A DNA stretch of 64,000 bases from Octopus vulgaris (GCA_951406725.2 OX597823.1:75392001-75456000); one strand, 5' to 3'; positions 26,580-40,071 are shown, numbered from the stretch's first letter. Notes: generated by a model not told the origin, from the sequence alone. Numbers and translations: made by a program.

Positions 26580-28080
26580 TTAAACGTAAGTGGGTTATCA
26601 AAATTCAGAAGTCTAATCAAAAGATACGGAACAAATTTCACATTGACACCTCGCATTTTGCGTAGAACTCTAATCTACAAAGCGCTAATTTTTAAAGACA
26701 AAAAGATTCAAAAGGGAGTAAAAGAAGATTGAAAAACAAGGACAGCAGCGGAGAAAGTAGCTGAAACAGCAACAGCTACAGAGGCAGCAGCACTATCTTC
26801 AGTGGAAGATGGTGGATACTCCACGCAGCAATAACACTGGATGCGGAAAAATCAGCTGGTGATAGTACAGTAAACATGACAACAACAACACCAAATGAAA
26901 AAGACACCAACCTAACAGATTTAACCCTTCTCAAGTCCCACTCGGAAACCGGCAATGCAAAGAAGAGTAGAGAGAAGTCTTTAAAAGGGGAAAAAAGGAA
27001 AAAAGAAGCAACTCCGGTACCTTCCCACAACACAGAAATGTCTACACAACCACCATACCACGACACATGTATTACCAACAACGCCGATACCACTGCCAGG
27101 ACCACACACAAAACAAAAGCGACCAACCAGAGGCTTGCATAATTTCACGGCAATAAACACAGATAATACATATGCAATCACACAGACAGCAATTCAAGCA
27201 TTCTTTTCTTGCGCACTACCCAACGTACGCCTATACATACGGATCCTCAGAATTTCGAACATTACTTACATTAAATTAAAAGTGAACTATCCCAACGCGT
27301 TATGCATTAAAAAACAAACGTAAACACAAAGCTATATAGAAATCTGATCGTGGGAACAGCGACAGCCAGAAAATGATGACAAATAAAGCACTCACACTCC
27401 CTCAGCCAAAACCGTAAGTTTTCTCCTTTCTCCAGTTTTCATCCATCATGGTTTTGCTCAAGATAGGCAGTTTAAATGTACGTGGCCTGAGATCGCATTG
27501 GGTGCAGGGACGCTTTTCCAATGACCTCAGGGCACTGAATTTGGACGTCATAGTCAAAAGCGAAACCAGACTGACTGGGCCACAAGCTTTCATCTACGCG
27601 TCTCCTTGCCAGGCAAGACGGAATGGGTCACTGTTCCAGAAAGGTCTGGTCTCTGTCTAGTGACTTTTGCAAAAGAGGTTTTATGGTTGTCGCTTGTGAA
27701 AGGTTTGAGAACAGGGTCTTTTCACTCCAGCAGTGATTTCACTAACTATTTCAGGTTCCACTTGAAATAAAGTGAGACTGGAGAGGGAGGTGTTGCCTTC
27801 GTGTAAATTTGCGGAAAGGGGTAAATGTTGCAAGAATGTTTGAGTGAATGTGCCTGATTGAGCATTAATTTCTTGGGGATTGTGCCCTAGCTATTAGGTT
27901 GTTTTGTTGCTTGTGGTGTTTCCGCCACCAACCCAGCAAACCTACTACTTTTCGAAACCACTTTTGTTTCATTAATTTGTATGTTAATTTTATTTACACG
28001 CTTTTATGAATGACCTCCACCCTATTTTGTCCTGTATCGTCCCTCTCTGTGAAGCCCTTAGTGGCTAATAAAGAAAATAA
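26580..28080 (+). mobile_element. Tx1/L1-like LINE, internally deleted
   Basis: The ORF at 27448 begins like an APE endonuclease (IGSLNVRGLRS..DL..LDVIVKSETRL). About 27750-27840 gives FRFHLK*KVRLEREVL...VNVARM, a Tx1-type C-terminus. The 3' end has aataaa. The upstream A/C-rich region may be an ORF1 remnant, and the left boundary is uncertain. Confidence 0.7.
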
Positions 28081-28099
28081 TTTTTTGCCGAACAACTAC

Positions 28100-28325
28100 A
28101 CAAAATATTTGTTAATAATGCACAAATGTCTGTGTACACATAAGCTCAGTCCCATCATTAATTCGACATTACCTGTAGAGGGACACCATGTGCCACATGC
28201 CATGTAATGACCACAGAGCAACATCAAGTGAAGTGCTTTGATCAAGAACAGAAGGCAACGACCGTTCTGAGAATCGAACACACGACCTCGCAATCATAAT
28301 TACAGCACATTAATCGCTAAAACAT
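28100..28325 (-). mobile_element. Degenerate tRNA-derived SINE (third type)
   Basis: Minus-strand B-box-like ggtcgtgtgttcgattctcag followed by gttcttgatcaaagcacttcac. Confidence 0.5.
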
Positions 28326-28961
28326 ACATACTTACATACATACATACAAGCACACACTTGCCCACACACATATATGCTTACACATGCATTTATAGAAACC
28401 CGTACACACACAAGTGACACAAATATATGCGATCCTGTGTGTAAGTGTATGTCTATGTGTATGTATTATATTTAGTCGAAATAATCGTTCCCTCCGTCTC
28501 ATCTTTATGTTCTTAGATTTATTCTTTCCTTTCAACAACTCAAATGTAATACTTTTTTAAGAGACCGGACGGTGATATCGTACTTATCGGTTTTCATCGA
28601 TCGGGTTTGTTTGTGCAATATTGATTATAGTTAACACTCTACAAATAACAATATCCTCTGTATACGGCGTCTTCATATATGCATTAATGTGTTTCTTTTC
28701 GTACCCATAGAAAAATGTCTGACGAAGGTTTAAAAATAAATATGAACTAAGATCTCAATTCTATTGTTCAGTGTTATTAACATGCTTAATCTCATTCATG
28801 GCGATTGAAATAATGCAAATATATTAATAAAATGTAAGCGAAAAAATAATTCACAATACGTGTGTTGGGAAATTTCAGTTTCAAATGGATATACAGTGTA
28901 ACACAAATGTTGTATAGCTGTTTCTAAATGTAATATTTGGTGTAAATCTGATAAAAAAACA

Positions 28962-29489
28962 AGACAGCTGTTGAAGTGTTTGCCCGGATTGATAATCCCT
29001 CACTGTTAGTTCTGTATGTGTGTGTGTGGGTGTATACATATATATATATATATATATACATATATATATAAATAAATATATATTACGAGATGTATTTTCA
29101 TAGCAAGTGACCTGATCTCAGATCGTGTGCTGGAACGAAAACAATTCCAGCGTTGTAGGTGTTTATAAGCCATTTCATTTGTCAAAATATTTTCGTCGCT
29201 TTGAGACCGCGACCTGTTCACTGACAAAAGTCCGTGCTGCAAACATGTCGCGGTCTCAAAGCGACGGAAAATATTTTGACAAATTAAATTTAAATGTTGA
29301 AGTGAATCTAATGGCTTTTGTGTGTTTCTCGAATGGCTTATAAACACCTTCCACGTTGCAATTGTTATATATACATACATATATATTTACATACATATAT
29401 ACATACATACATACATACAGGTATACAAACATACATATAGCTAATACTGAGGGATTATCAATCCAGGCAAAATGCTTCATAAGCTGTCT
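28962..29489. repeat. Nested inverted repeats: outer arms 28962-29009 and 29441-29489, inner Penelope-like element 29083-29366
   Basis: Outer arms share the ggattgataatccctca core. Inner arms are 29140-29175/29332-29366 and 29177-29213/29247-29284. Confidence 0.85.
29178..29228 (-). ncRNA. Minimal type I hammerhead ribozyme, G3-C8 core variant
   Basis: Minus strand reads tttgtca-GTGAACA-g-gtcgc(ggtctcaaa)gcgac-GAAA-ATAT-TT-tgacaaa. Stem I is 7 bp, stem II is 5 bp and stem III is the palindrome AAAATATTTT. Confidence 0.65.
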
Positions 29490-30407
29490 GTCGGCACACC
29501 AGGCTAACAATAATGTTTACATAAGGGAAGAGCTCAAAGCATTCATATGGCATGGTACAAGGTAATGATTCATCATAATTCCGTATTGTAAATCCTTGGT
29601 TGGGTTCCAGACAAACTAGTTTTACTCAGGGTATATGTAAGACAAGGAATGCATAATGGTCATTACATGTTTCTCCTTTATTGGAGCAAATTTGGCTTAC
29701 AGTTGTTTCCAGTAGTCATTATAGGTACATTCTTGATATGTTTACTCAATTGGTCTACTCATCAATTGAAAAAAATTGAGCGACCTAAAAAAAAATCTGC
29801 TTTAGTCAGACCCATTTTAAAACAGAACATCAACAGAGTGGTACGTTTATGGGGGAGGGAAGCAAAGATTCAAAAGGGTAAGTAGTATAGAGAAAAAGTG
29901 GAAGCCAGGTTACAACGGGGTAATATGGAGGAGGGAAAGGAAAGAGGACCTGGCCACTTAATAGAAGAATGGAAAAAAGATGACTAAAATTTGGGAGAAG
30001 AATATCGTAAAATATTAGTTTTTATAGTCAGGTGAAACACACAGGTCGTGTGTGAGAATGTACATATTAAATAAAATAAAATAACAAGGCCAAGGCAATG
30101 TGTTATTTCCGAGACTTTTATAAAAAGAAAGGTGGCTTCCAGGGAAATAAATGATATCCCATCCTCAGAGATTATTTAAAGTTCATTTTATAAGAAGTTA
30201 TTTTGGAAATAGAGAGATATGCCAAAAATTAGAAGTAATGCAGAAAGTAAAAGGAAAATATGAAAATAAATGCATTTGTATTTGAATTTTCATATCTTCT
30301 TTAATACTTTCTGCATTAGATCTAAGTTCATGTATATATCTCCCTTTCTAAAACAAGTACTTATAAAAAAATGAACTCCAATTCCCTCTATTGAAGCTCT
30401 TTTAACT

Positions 30408-30456
30408 CGTCTCTGATGATGGGATACCATTTATTTCCCTGAAACAGCTGTAAAAC
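30408..30456 (+). ncRNA. Minimal type I hammerhead ribozyme
   Basis: gtct-CTGATGA-t-ggga(taccatttatt)tccc-t-GAAA-CAGCTG-TA-aaac. Palindromic stem III ACAGCTGT; one mismatch in stem I. Confidence 0.7.
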
Positions 30457-30615
30457 CACCTCTCTATAAATGTCCTAGAAATATCACATTGCTATGACTT
30501 TGTTATCTTATTTTACTTAATATAATAATAATGATAATAATAATAATAATAATAATAATTGTTTATTATTAACATATTTTATTAAGACATATATGTGTGT
30601 GTACATATATGTATG

Positions 30616-30674
<59 letters not shown>

Positions 30675-30737
30675 TTATCTATCCATTCATCTATCTATCT
30701 GTCTGTCCGTCTTACTGTCTGTCTGTCTCTCTCTCTT

Positions 30738-30776
<39 letters not shown>

Positions 30777-32339
30777 GCATATGCAAATGTGGGTGTTTAC
30801 AGTGTGGGCTGGAGATATTGTGAGGAAAGTGACAACATTCTAGCTGAAATATTGAATACATCTTGGAAGTGTGTAGTATAACATCACTTGTAATTGCTTA
30901 TTAGAATCTCACAATTTAATCAACGGAATTCACCACAGGGAACGTCATTTGAATTGGATGTAAACTTACTCTGCACGTTTATGATAACTAATTACTTTTC
31001 GAAATTTTCGTAGAGATTTTGTTAAGATAAATTTCATATTTCAAATATCAAAATAATTGCAAACACGCACATTCATCTGAAGACGCAGAAGATTAGCTGA
31101 TATAAATATCTATTTTTGCTTTTCCTTCAAATCCCTGTAAAATATGTCGGAAATGACAAAGCATTGATTTATATTAAGAATCAGTATATTCAGTTCAAAA
31201 TATATTGAATTGCTCTAACATCTACAACAAGCGAAAGAAAAATCATTACTGCCATCTCCATTGAAATACCTAAATCCTGGTTTAATGGCAAACAAATATT
31301 CAGAAGCACGTTTCCCTTTTCAATTGTGCTTTGACTGATGTAAATAGTCGAAAAACAAAAACTAAAAAACGCAACTACGAATTTATAACAGATTTATCGG
31401 ACATAAAATGTCATTGCTCTCCATCACCTACATTTAGCTGTTGCTAAGCAACTGTACCAGTTTGCTTATCTTATGACAGCCAATAATGTTTCTTTTTTTA
31501 AATACATATGTACACAGCGATGTGTGTGTGTGTGTGCATGTGTGTGCTACCCTATCAATTTAACGTTACTGAGAACTTCATCCTATAATGTAGTAAGTAT
31601 ATCTGTTTATACAGGTCACATCAAAAATTCTACAAATTTTATAAAAGTGATCTTCATAAAATCAGGAATTTTAGGTTGCTAATTGCTCTTCGTTCTGGAA
31701 ACAGTTATGAGTTCTTCCGCCATATTTCGTAAGATATTTCAGATATTTTTTTTTTTTTATGAGCACAGCATAGTTAACTCTTTAGTATGAGATTTGTGTG
31801 CTCCAATGAAATATATATTTTTTTTCCACGTTGAAACATTAAAATCAAATGTTGAAAAAAATCGTTCCTAGCAATGTATCTTTCTCTTAATCTGCTTCAG
31901 TAGCAGTTTATTATAAAGATGTCATCAGGAGAATAAACTAGTTTATCCTAAAAATAAGGAAAATTGTCTTGCTTATATAATGCTGAAGGATCTAGGATGG
32001 GACATTAGATGATTTAATTTATGAATACGTTTCAGCGAATAACATTTCATTTGACTACAGGCCTTAAATTCACAAAGGCCTCTGGCACCAACAATGTTAT
32101 TTAGACTGATATGTTAACTGTAAAAAAGAAGAAATATATGCCATATTTACGTCTATACTTATGACTACCAGGAGTAAGATGAAAGTAACTTGTGCTTATT
32201 ACGTCCTACAGGCTCTTTCAGAGAGATAGAAAGAGAGAGAGAGAGGGGGCAGAAAAAGAGAGAGGGCGAAAGAGAGAGACATACAGACAGATTACTGGAG
32301 AAGCGAAGAATAGTAGGAAGAAGAGAAAGCATGAAATAT

Positions 32340-32535
32340 TGCTTCAGAATGTTGAAGCGCCAGCAATTCCGAGGGAAGAGATGAGTTGATTAGACGGACC
32401 TGAGTGCTCAACTGGTACTTCGAAAGGATGAAATCCAATGTCCACCTCGGCCGAATTTTAATTCAGAACGAAAAGATGGACGGAATGTCGCTAAATATGT
32501 TCCATGCGTGCTAACGATTCTCGCAGGTCGCGGCC
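32340..32535 (-). mobile_element. SINE, family A, degenerate
   Basis: actggtacttcgaaaggatgaaa..cctcggccgaatttt..gtgctaacgattct. Confidence 0.7.
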
Positions 32536-33116
32536 CTGAATGCATCAAATATGAAAATATTATAACTACAAATCTGATTGACAAATCATTAAGTACATAT
32601 ATCCACCAGTCTGTCTCTGATTCATTTGCATAGTACCTGTTTCCGTTGGAGATCTCATTTTTACTTCCCATGTTTATCCGGTAGCACAACTTTTTTCTTA
32701 CTTCAAGAATGCTGGGACGAATATGATGCCAACACCTGTTTGTGCGAATCTACACCCCCCAATTATAAATTGAATACGTACATTAGTACTAAGGCAAGGG
32801 TGGTACGGAACCTTTTGGTTCTTATTAACAAAAACCATGACGTTTTCATTTAATTTGTCCTCTAATTTACTCAGCTATGAACCATCTCTAGATGGCTCTC
32901 ATACCCGTCCATCTAACTACAGTTTGTAAGAAGACGACACATATTTTTGTAATCCATGTGGCTTCTTTCCTTTTATATGTAAGATTTAAGATGACATGAA
33001 CATGACGGGGATTTGATGTCTAGCTAGCGTTGAACGCATGAGATTCATTTAGGGATACAAATAACAACGAGTAAGCAAACCCGGTTGGATCTGAGCTCAG
33101 AAGGTAAAGTCGTAAA

Positions 33117-33348
33117 TTCTTATTTCTTTATTGCACAGAAGGGGCTAAACATAGACGGGACAAACGAAGACAGACAAAGGGATTAAGTCCGTTACATCAC
33201 TCCCAGTGCGTAACTGGTACTTTATTCATCGTCCCCGAAAGGATGAAAGGCAAAGTCAACCACGGTGGAATTTGAACTCAGAGAGTAGCAGCAGACGACA
33301 TACAGCTAAGCATTTCGCCCGGCGTGCTAACGTTTCTGCCAGCTCGCC
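33117..33348 (-). mobile_element. SINE, family A, full length, with a 16-bp target-site duplication, inserted into an older SINE
   Basis: taaagtcgtaaattct occurs at 33105-33120 and 33349-33364, and the flanks are themselves SINE-like. Confidence 0.92.
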
Positions 33349-34989
33349 TAAAGTCGTAAATTCTGCTAAACATTTTGTCGAACACACTAACGCTTCTGTC
33401 AGTTCATCACCTTGTCACTATTGAAGACAGTGCAACTAATTGACAAACACCGAGGAGAGGAAAAGGAATACTAATGAAATAGAGAAAAAGCTTTTAAGTA
33501 TATCTCTGGTCTCACATCACTGACCTATGAGTAAACATTATATTCTATATATTATAACTACAAATATCAACACTCTGTCTATCAAATCCTCTCTATCATA
33601 CATTAAAATAGAAACAACTTGGCACAGCATAAACCTAGATAACAAGAAGTACACGTGATGGTCTCACATTTGATTATACGTCTCCGTTTGTGCTGACAAA
33701 TGGTTTAAAGCAAAAACAAAAATTAATGCCGCTTCTATTGCATGGAATTTCCATTGTCACAACTTGATAACATTTCATCATTATAACCGTAACGGCCATC
33801 ATCAAACACATCTCCACGCAATTACTATTGGCATCACTATGACTACTGCCGGCTCATTATTATCAGATATAGCAACTATCGAGATCATTCTCACTGTAAC
33901 AACCAACGCCACCGTCGGCATCACTAACACTGCCGCGAACATCGCAGCGACAGCGATGACGATGACTTTCACCACATGCATCACCACAACGACTACCACC
34001 ACCTCAGTATCCTGTGAAACTTGCAGTTTTAGCTTTGTAACATAGCAGCACCTTATCAATTTTACAAAGCATTCTAGTTAATTGAAATCCAATAAGTCGG
34101 AGGAGAGACATTCTCATTTTGTTTCTCATTCCATGTGAGGAAGAAATGCATATTGATCTAGTTTTTCCAATGAGATCAGAAAATTTTCGAAAAGCTATTA
34201 AACCATGTTATCTTTTTCTCCGATTCTATTGCTGCCAACAATTATTTCTATAAATTTCTTTGATGTGGTTTGTTTATTTCAAAATTCTTCAGAAATATAA
34301 ATTGATTTTGCTTTCTCTTCACCGCCAGCTCTAACAACAGCCATTTTCGTTTTCTTTTTACTTTTCTTTTTGGTCTCTGGAACAATATTTGTTTATATTG
34401 ATTGCGCACAAATACCCTATATTTTACGGGGGAGGTAAATGAGATGTTGTGACATGCAAGACTATTGCTTGCATATAAAACGTTACACAGAATGAATTGA
34501 GAATCAAATCGCGTCAGTATTCTCGACCCGTCGCTGTCTTACCGCATGCATTATGTTTATTGTTATAGCTGTGGGTGATCTGTCATAAGTTGTCAGTTCT
34601 CATCGAGATCGAGCAAACAAGCAACTAGAGATGTTCCAGCCATGAATACCTACCTATTATCCTAGAGAGTTTCTGAAAGATACCTTTAAATAATATGCCG
34701 TTCAATTAATTATTTCTAATTTTTATTAATTGATGCTCTGCTCCAACAAAAAATGAAAAAGAAATATCATTATCTTATATAAACCTCTGTCCTCTATATA
34801 CTGGAAATTTTGATTGGTTAAGTATGTTACATGCTGTTGCTAGAAGATTGTAATCACTTATTCAATGAAAAGCTCACTCTGTTAAAGATACAGGTTTCTC
34901 GCTCACAGCAGTGTTTTATCAATAAGAATCAAGCTTGTTGTCATAGTAGCGAAGCTATAGCACTCAGAGTAAAGCCGTTTAGCACTTAT

Positions 34990-35730
34990 TAAACTTGGGT
35001 TCTACTGCTGCTGCGCACGAAAATTTACCGTTCTAGCTCCCATCTGCAGTTTACAGCAGTGCTTGGAAAGAAAGTGTCTAGGGTGTGATCGTCGCATTGT
35101 GCATGAGAAAGAATGTTGTCATGGTGATGCCTACTCAGAGGCCTAAGCAAAGTTGCAGAAAATTATGGAGTTGAGTGTATGAGCCGCACACAAGTAGACG
35201 AGTGGTGCAAACGTTTCCACGATGGCCGCAAAAAAGCCGATAGTGACAAGCGTTCTGGGAGACCAACAACCAGAAGAACTGAGAAAAACATTGCAGATGC
35301 GCGTGAAGCTGTGAAGGGAAATCGTCGAATCACCATCCGTGTGTTATCACAGGATGTGCAGATTACATACGGTTCATTTCAGTCTATTATCACTGAAGAT
35401 TTGGGTATGAGACGCATGTCTGCCAAATTTGTGCCAAAATTACATTCAGTTGCACAAGATCTCCTTCATTGTGTCGAGAAAAATTTTGAAACATTTGCGT
35501 AGGCCTCTGAGCACATGTCGCCAAGACTTTCGCAAAATTTGATATAGATTCTCTGCTCAATTTTCTTTCATGTTCAATGCGACCATCACTAGTTACACAC
35601 GCTCCTTCTAAATGTCGCTGTAAATAGTGGAAGCGTTCTACAACGTTAAAATGCACTGTGCATGCTTTACACTAAGTGTTTTAGCTTCGTTATTATGACA
35701 ACTGTCCGGATAGTTATTCATCACACCACG
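34990..35730 (+). mobile_element. mariner transposase remnant
   Basis: ORF 35179-35502 reads SRTQVDEWCKRFHDGR..DKRSGRPTT..NRRITIR..IITEDLGMRRMSAKFVPKL. A TIR-like ccggatagttattcatcacacc lies at the right end. Confidence 0.9.
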
Positions 35731-38164
35731 AATATGCATTTGTAGTTAACAACAAAAAATGTTTAATATTTTGTGGAATTAGTTGGGGAGCAGGTATATA
35801 GAATTTCTTGTGCTATTTGATTCAGACGCTTCAAGTTAGGAATTCAAATTGTCAACATATCTTTGTTGCTTCTAAACAACCGGATCAACATAATATAAAA
35901 ATCAAGTACTATGTTAAGGTTAATCCGATATACATATTCATAAATTGTGGGATTATATGACTATATCTGAAATCAATTCAAGTACAAGGATCAAATTTGA
36001 TGTTGCCAATAAAATTCAAACTTTGGAGACTTGCATAATTCGATGTGTCCGAAATTGTGTTCTTTTGTAGATAAAATAGATTACCGGTCTGCTTATGCAG
36101 ACGACTTAATGATATTTTTTTATTGAATTAGTGTTAATTATTTTCTCAGTGACATATACAAAAATACTAATATTAAAGTAAATTGTACATGATTACAGAT
36201 TTAGGTGTAAAGAAGAAAACAATTTATATGAGCATGGGTGCGTATTAGAACAATTCAACTTCATTCGAAATCGCCAAGCTACGTAACAATGTTAATACGC
36301 ATTTTGTTGATCAAACGATTTATGTTCGCTAAGTTTATTACGATTGAAACATATGTGCCCTGTCACTTGTTATGAATTCTCAAAGATCAAGAAACCCAAA
36401 ATAAAGCAACCTACTTCAGTTGGATTTTATTGCCCATGTAACCGTTGTCAGGATGGCTAGAATATAAAACTGGGAACTCCTGTTTGTAAACTAATAATTC
36501 TGAGTTTGATGGTAATTTTTTTAGTTACAGCTCTCAGAACACAAAATACCAATTAGTTTGTTATTCAACCACACGCATGTATTGCCAACGGGTACAATAC
36601 AGACCATGTCTCATTAATTTTTTAAATTTTGGCCTATAATCCACACACATTGTACACGAAGAACAGAGTAAGTGAACGTTTATCGTTGAACATTTATCCT
36701 GTATTTATTACTTATTCGGTAAACTGAGTGGGTGATGCGAGGAGTGAGCACCGAGGGATTTTCAAATTGTTGGCGTGTAATAATGTGTACTATGCTTAAT
36801 GATATGATGTTAGATATTCAATCTGCTTCACAAGTTTGTGTCTATACTACAAAATGTAATGAAGAAAAATGTGAAGCAATTTATGCATTGCATAACTGAC
36901 AAGTATTTCCTTAGCTAGTGTTCAACGGAAAATATTTTTCGATCATTTAAAATGAAAGCAAAATTGAATTACCTCATCACTTTAATAAAGGGATTTATAT
37001 AACAAAAGTGATAATTTCAAAGCTTTCTAAGCGGTGGGAATTATAATTTTGTAAAGAGTGGCAAGAGATTTAATCGAACAATCGAATGTGTTTAATTTGA
37101 TTTTGTGTTTATAATTTACCACTTAAATTATTATATATTTTAGCGTGTATTTAAAGAATGTCTGCCGTTTGTAACAAAATTGCTTTGAGCTATCTAAGTA
37201 TCAATTTTATATTTCGAGAGCAATTTGTACTCCATAAAATACGTATAAGTATCATTCAGCTCCAAACACTCATGTAATTACATCAGTAAATATATTAGTA
37301 GGAACAATGCAAACCATATCTTAGCAAACAATTTCATTATATGCAATATGGAAAAGAAAATATTTATAAAATTCGCACTACGCAATTGCATCCAGACGTA
37401 CACATGTATACACATACTTACGTACAGTAAGTATCAATTAATGAATACGCACAAAGAAGTGTATATATAATTATATAGGTATACGTAAGTCTTTACATTC
37501 ATACATACATACATACATATTTAAGTCTTTATGTATTCATACACAACTACATAAGTTGACACACTATTGGGCGCGTCGGGACGTTTGAGTAAGCATCTTA
37601 TGTAATAAATCCCTGTCGTTGGTATACGCATTTCGAATATCGCAGATAATTGTGTTGCCGCTGGAAATTTTAACCTTTTGAAAAAAAATAATGCGAAGAA
37701 AGAAAAGACGAAAAATCAGATACGAAAATCTGTTCACGGAAAATTATGTTTGCAAACGTTTGTTCTAATATAGTCTACTAGATATTTGCAACTTCAAGTT
37801 GTCGCAAAGTTACGTGAAGTCAGAGGTTTCGGGGTCTTGGTAGAGAAAGGGCTTATTTAGCAATATCTAAAACACATTCACACATATGTATCAGTGCGCT
37901 TTCATGTCTATATACGCACAATTTAACATGCACTTTCTTCCAATTTGGTACATAAACAACCACACGCGCTCGCACATTCATATATACATACACACAATAT
38001 ATTTATATAACATATATTTGTATATTTATATACATACACATATTTACATACATATATGCAAATATAAAATATTCATAGACATAAGTATACATATGTGCCC
38101 GTTTATATAGATATGTTTATAAACATATATAATATACAGGCATAAATACACATTTGTGTGTAAA

Positions 38165-38200
<36 letters not shown>

Positions 38201-38315
38201 CACAAGCACACACACACATACATATATACATATATATATATAAATGTGACTGCGTGTGTACCGTTGGCAATTGCTTTCCTCTGTCTTCCCTTCTCTGGAT
38301 CTTTCCTTCTCCTAT

Positions 38316-38350
38316 GATTCCGACGAAGAGCTCCGCTCGAAACGTTAAGC
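38316..38350 (+). ncRNA. Very small hammerhead motif with a U4-to-C change, within a repeat at about 38260-38450
   Basis: CCGACGA-a-gagc(tcc)gctc-GAAA-CG-TT; palindromic AACGTT stem III. Confidence 0.5.
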
Positions 38351-38476
38351 CTTCATTCTTTACTTCTTTCCTGAGCGTCCAATAATACTATATTTGTTCC
38401 ACGTCCTCGCGTTGTTGTGTTTTTTTGTGCTTTCTTGTTTGGATTAACTATATATATAAATATATATATATATATT

Positions 38477-38515
38477 CTAGCATTATGACCCGTCGTTGCC
38501 GGGTCATAGTGCTAG
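38477..38515. mobile_element. Helitron-type terminal hairpin bounded by CTAG on both sides
   Basis: ctagcattatgacccg-tcgttgc-cgggtcatagtgctag. Confidence 0.55.
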
Positions 38516-39289
38516 TGCATGTATATATGTGTATATATATGTGTACATATTACATGTACATCTATATATATACATCTACACATAAAATACAAATTGCAAA
38601 GTTATATCTTGATATCGCTAGTGTTAACAATACTCAAAATATATAACAGACTGGAATTGTAAGCCCGTCTCTTGCAATTTCGATCAATTATATATTGTCC
38701 TCCCTCTTGTATAGAAGTGTGGCTGCAATCCAGCCTACCTCTATTGCTAGGTAGGGTGACATTTCAATTTTTTCCCGTACGTCCTACATCCCAGATATAA
38801 CGGTAAAAATTAAATATTTCCACTTTGCAAGTTCGAGTTGAGTACTCCCTTGCATGTTCCATTGACTCGAACCTTGCTTCTATTGTGGCGAATTTACCAC
38901 TTCTGGTTAGATATCTTTCAAAGTCGCACCAAGACACTTTTCGATGGTGCTTTCCTTCAGGTGTTCAAATCTTTTTTCTCTACATTGTATGCTTTATAGA
39001 CAAGAGTCTTTTATTTAATTTAATTTTTTATTATCCATCTGGACTATTCTATTTCTGCACGCTATTTTATTTTAATTTATTCCCATTCATGTGAAACCAC
39101 TTATTCAAGTTCAAGTCATTGATGCAATGTTATACCAATTGCTATTTCTACTTTTGTATGTTACGATTATATTATACTTTAGTTTGATTTTCATTATTAC
39201 TTACTACATATAATTCAATTGTTATTATTTTTTATTGTTAAAGTGAAAGTATCTGACAAAAAATAGAAAAATGTTTTTTTTTTTTCACT

Positions 39290-39479
39290 TTTAACACATA
39301 ATACTGAAATAGTGGAGAAGATATGGTATTGCTATGGGCTCGCTCTTGGCAAGAAGTTGAAATTTCTTTTGTCCATGAAACTACATGGACCCTAAGTAAG
39401 GCATGTGTAAAATTTTAATGAAATTGGCTGTGTAGTTCTCAAGTTTTAGGGAAAACACACAGGCAGACAGACACACATT

Positions 39480-39492
<13 letters not shown>
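39290..39492 (-). mobile_element. Probable non-autonomous Helitron 5' portion
   Basis: The minus strand starts tatatataaactgagaatgtgtgtctgtctgcctg, the typical microsatellite-bearing Helitron 5' end. Confidence 0.5.
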
Positions 39493-39539
<47 letters not shown>

Positions 39540-39540
39540 C

Positions 39541-39630
<90 letters not shown>
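39488..39630. repeat. (TA)n microsatellite
   Basis: Direct reading. Confidence 0.95.
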
Positions 39631-39633
<3 letters not shown>

Positions 39634-40071
39634 TAAAAGGAATTCCAACCTTGTCTGATTTTCACGTTTTATTTACAATCTTATAACGATATATTATAAG
39701 ATAATATATTATAATTGAATAAAATAAAATGAAATAGTAGAATGTGAAAATATACATACATTCATACACATATATATTGAGTATAATGACCCCAATTTCT
39801 TAAAATATACTTGTGCAAATTCCCCTAAATATTCGATAATTCGATTATTCGACATTCACTGATGGATTAAGTAATTTTATCGTTTATTGAATTAACAGAA
39901 TTTGTAAATACTATACCCAAGTTATTCCATCGCATTTTTCATAAAACACATTAGTTACCACAGAGAATATCATTAACAGAAAACATGAGAATGCTCTAAA
40001 GAATATTTTTGGCACACCTCCATAAATGAGTCTTACTGATTATGAAATCTATTCCCAATTGTTGACTTTCA

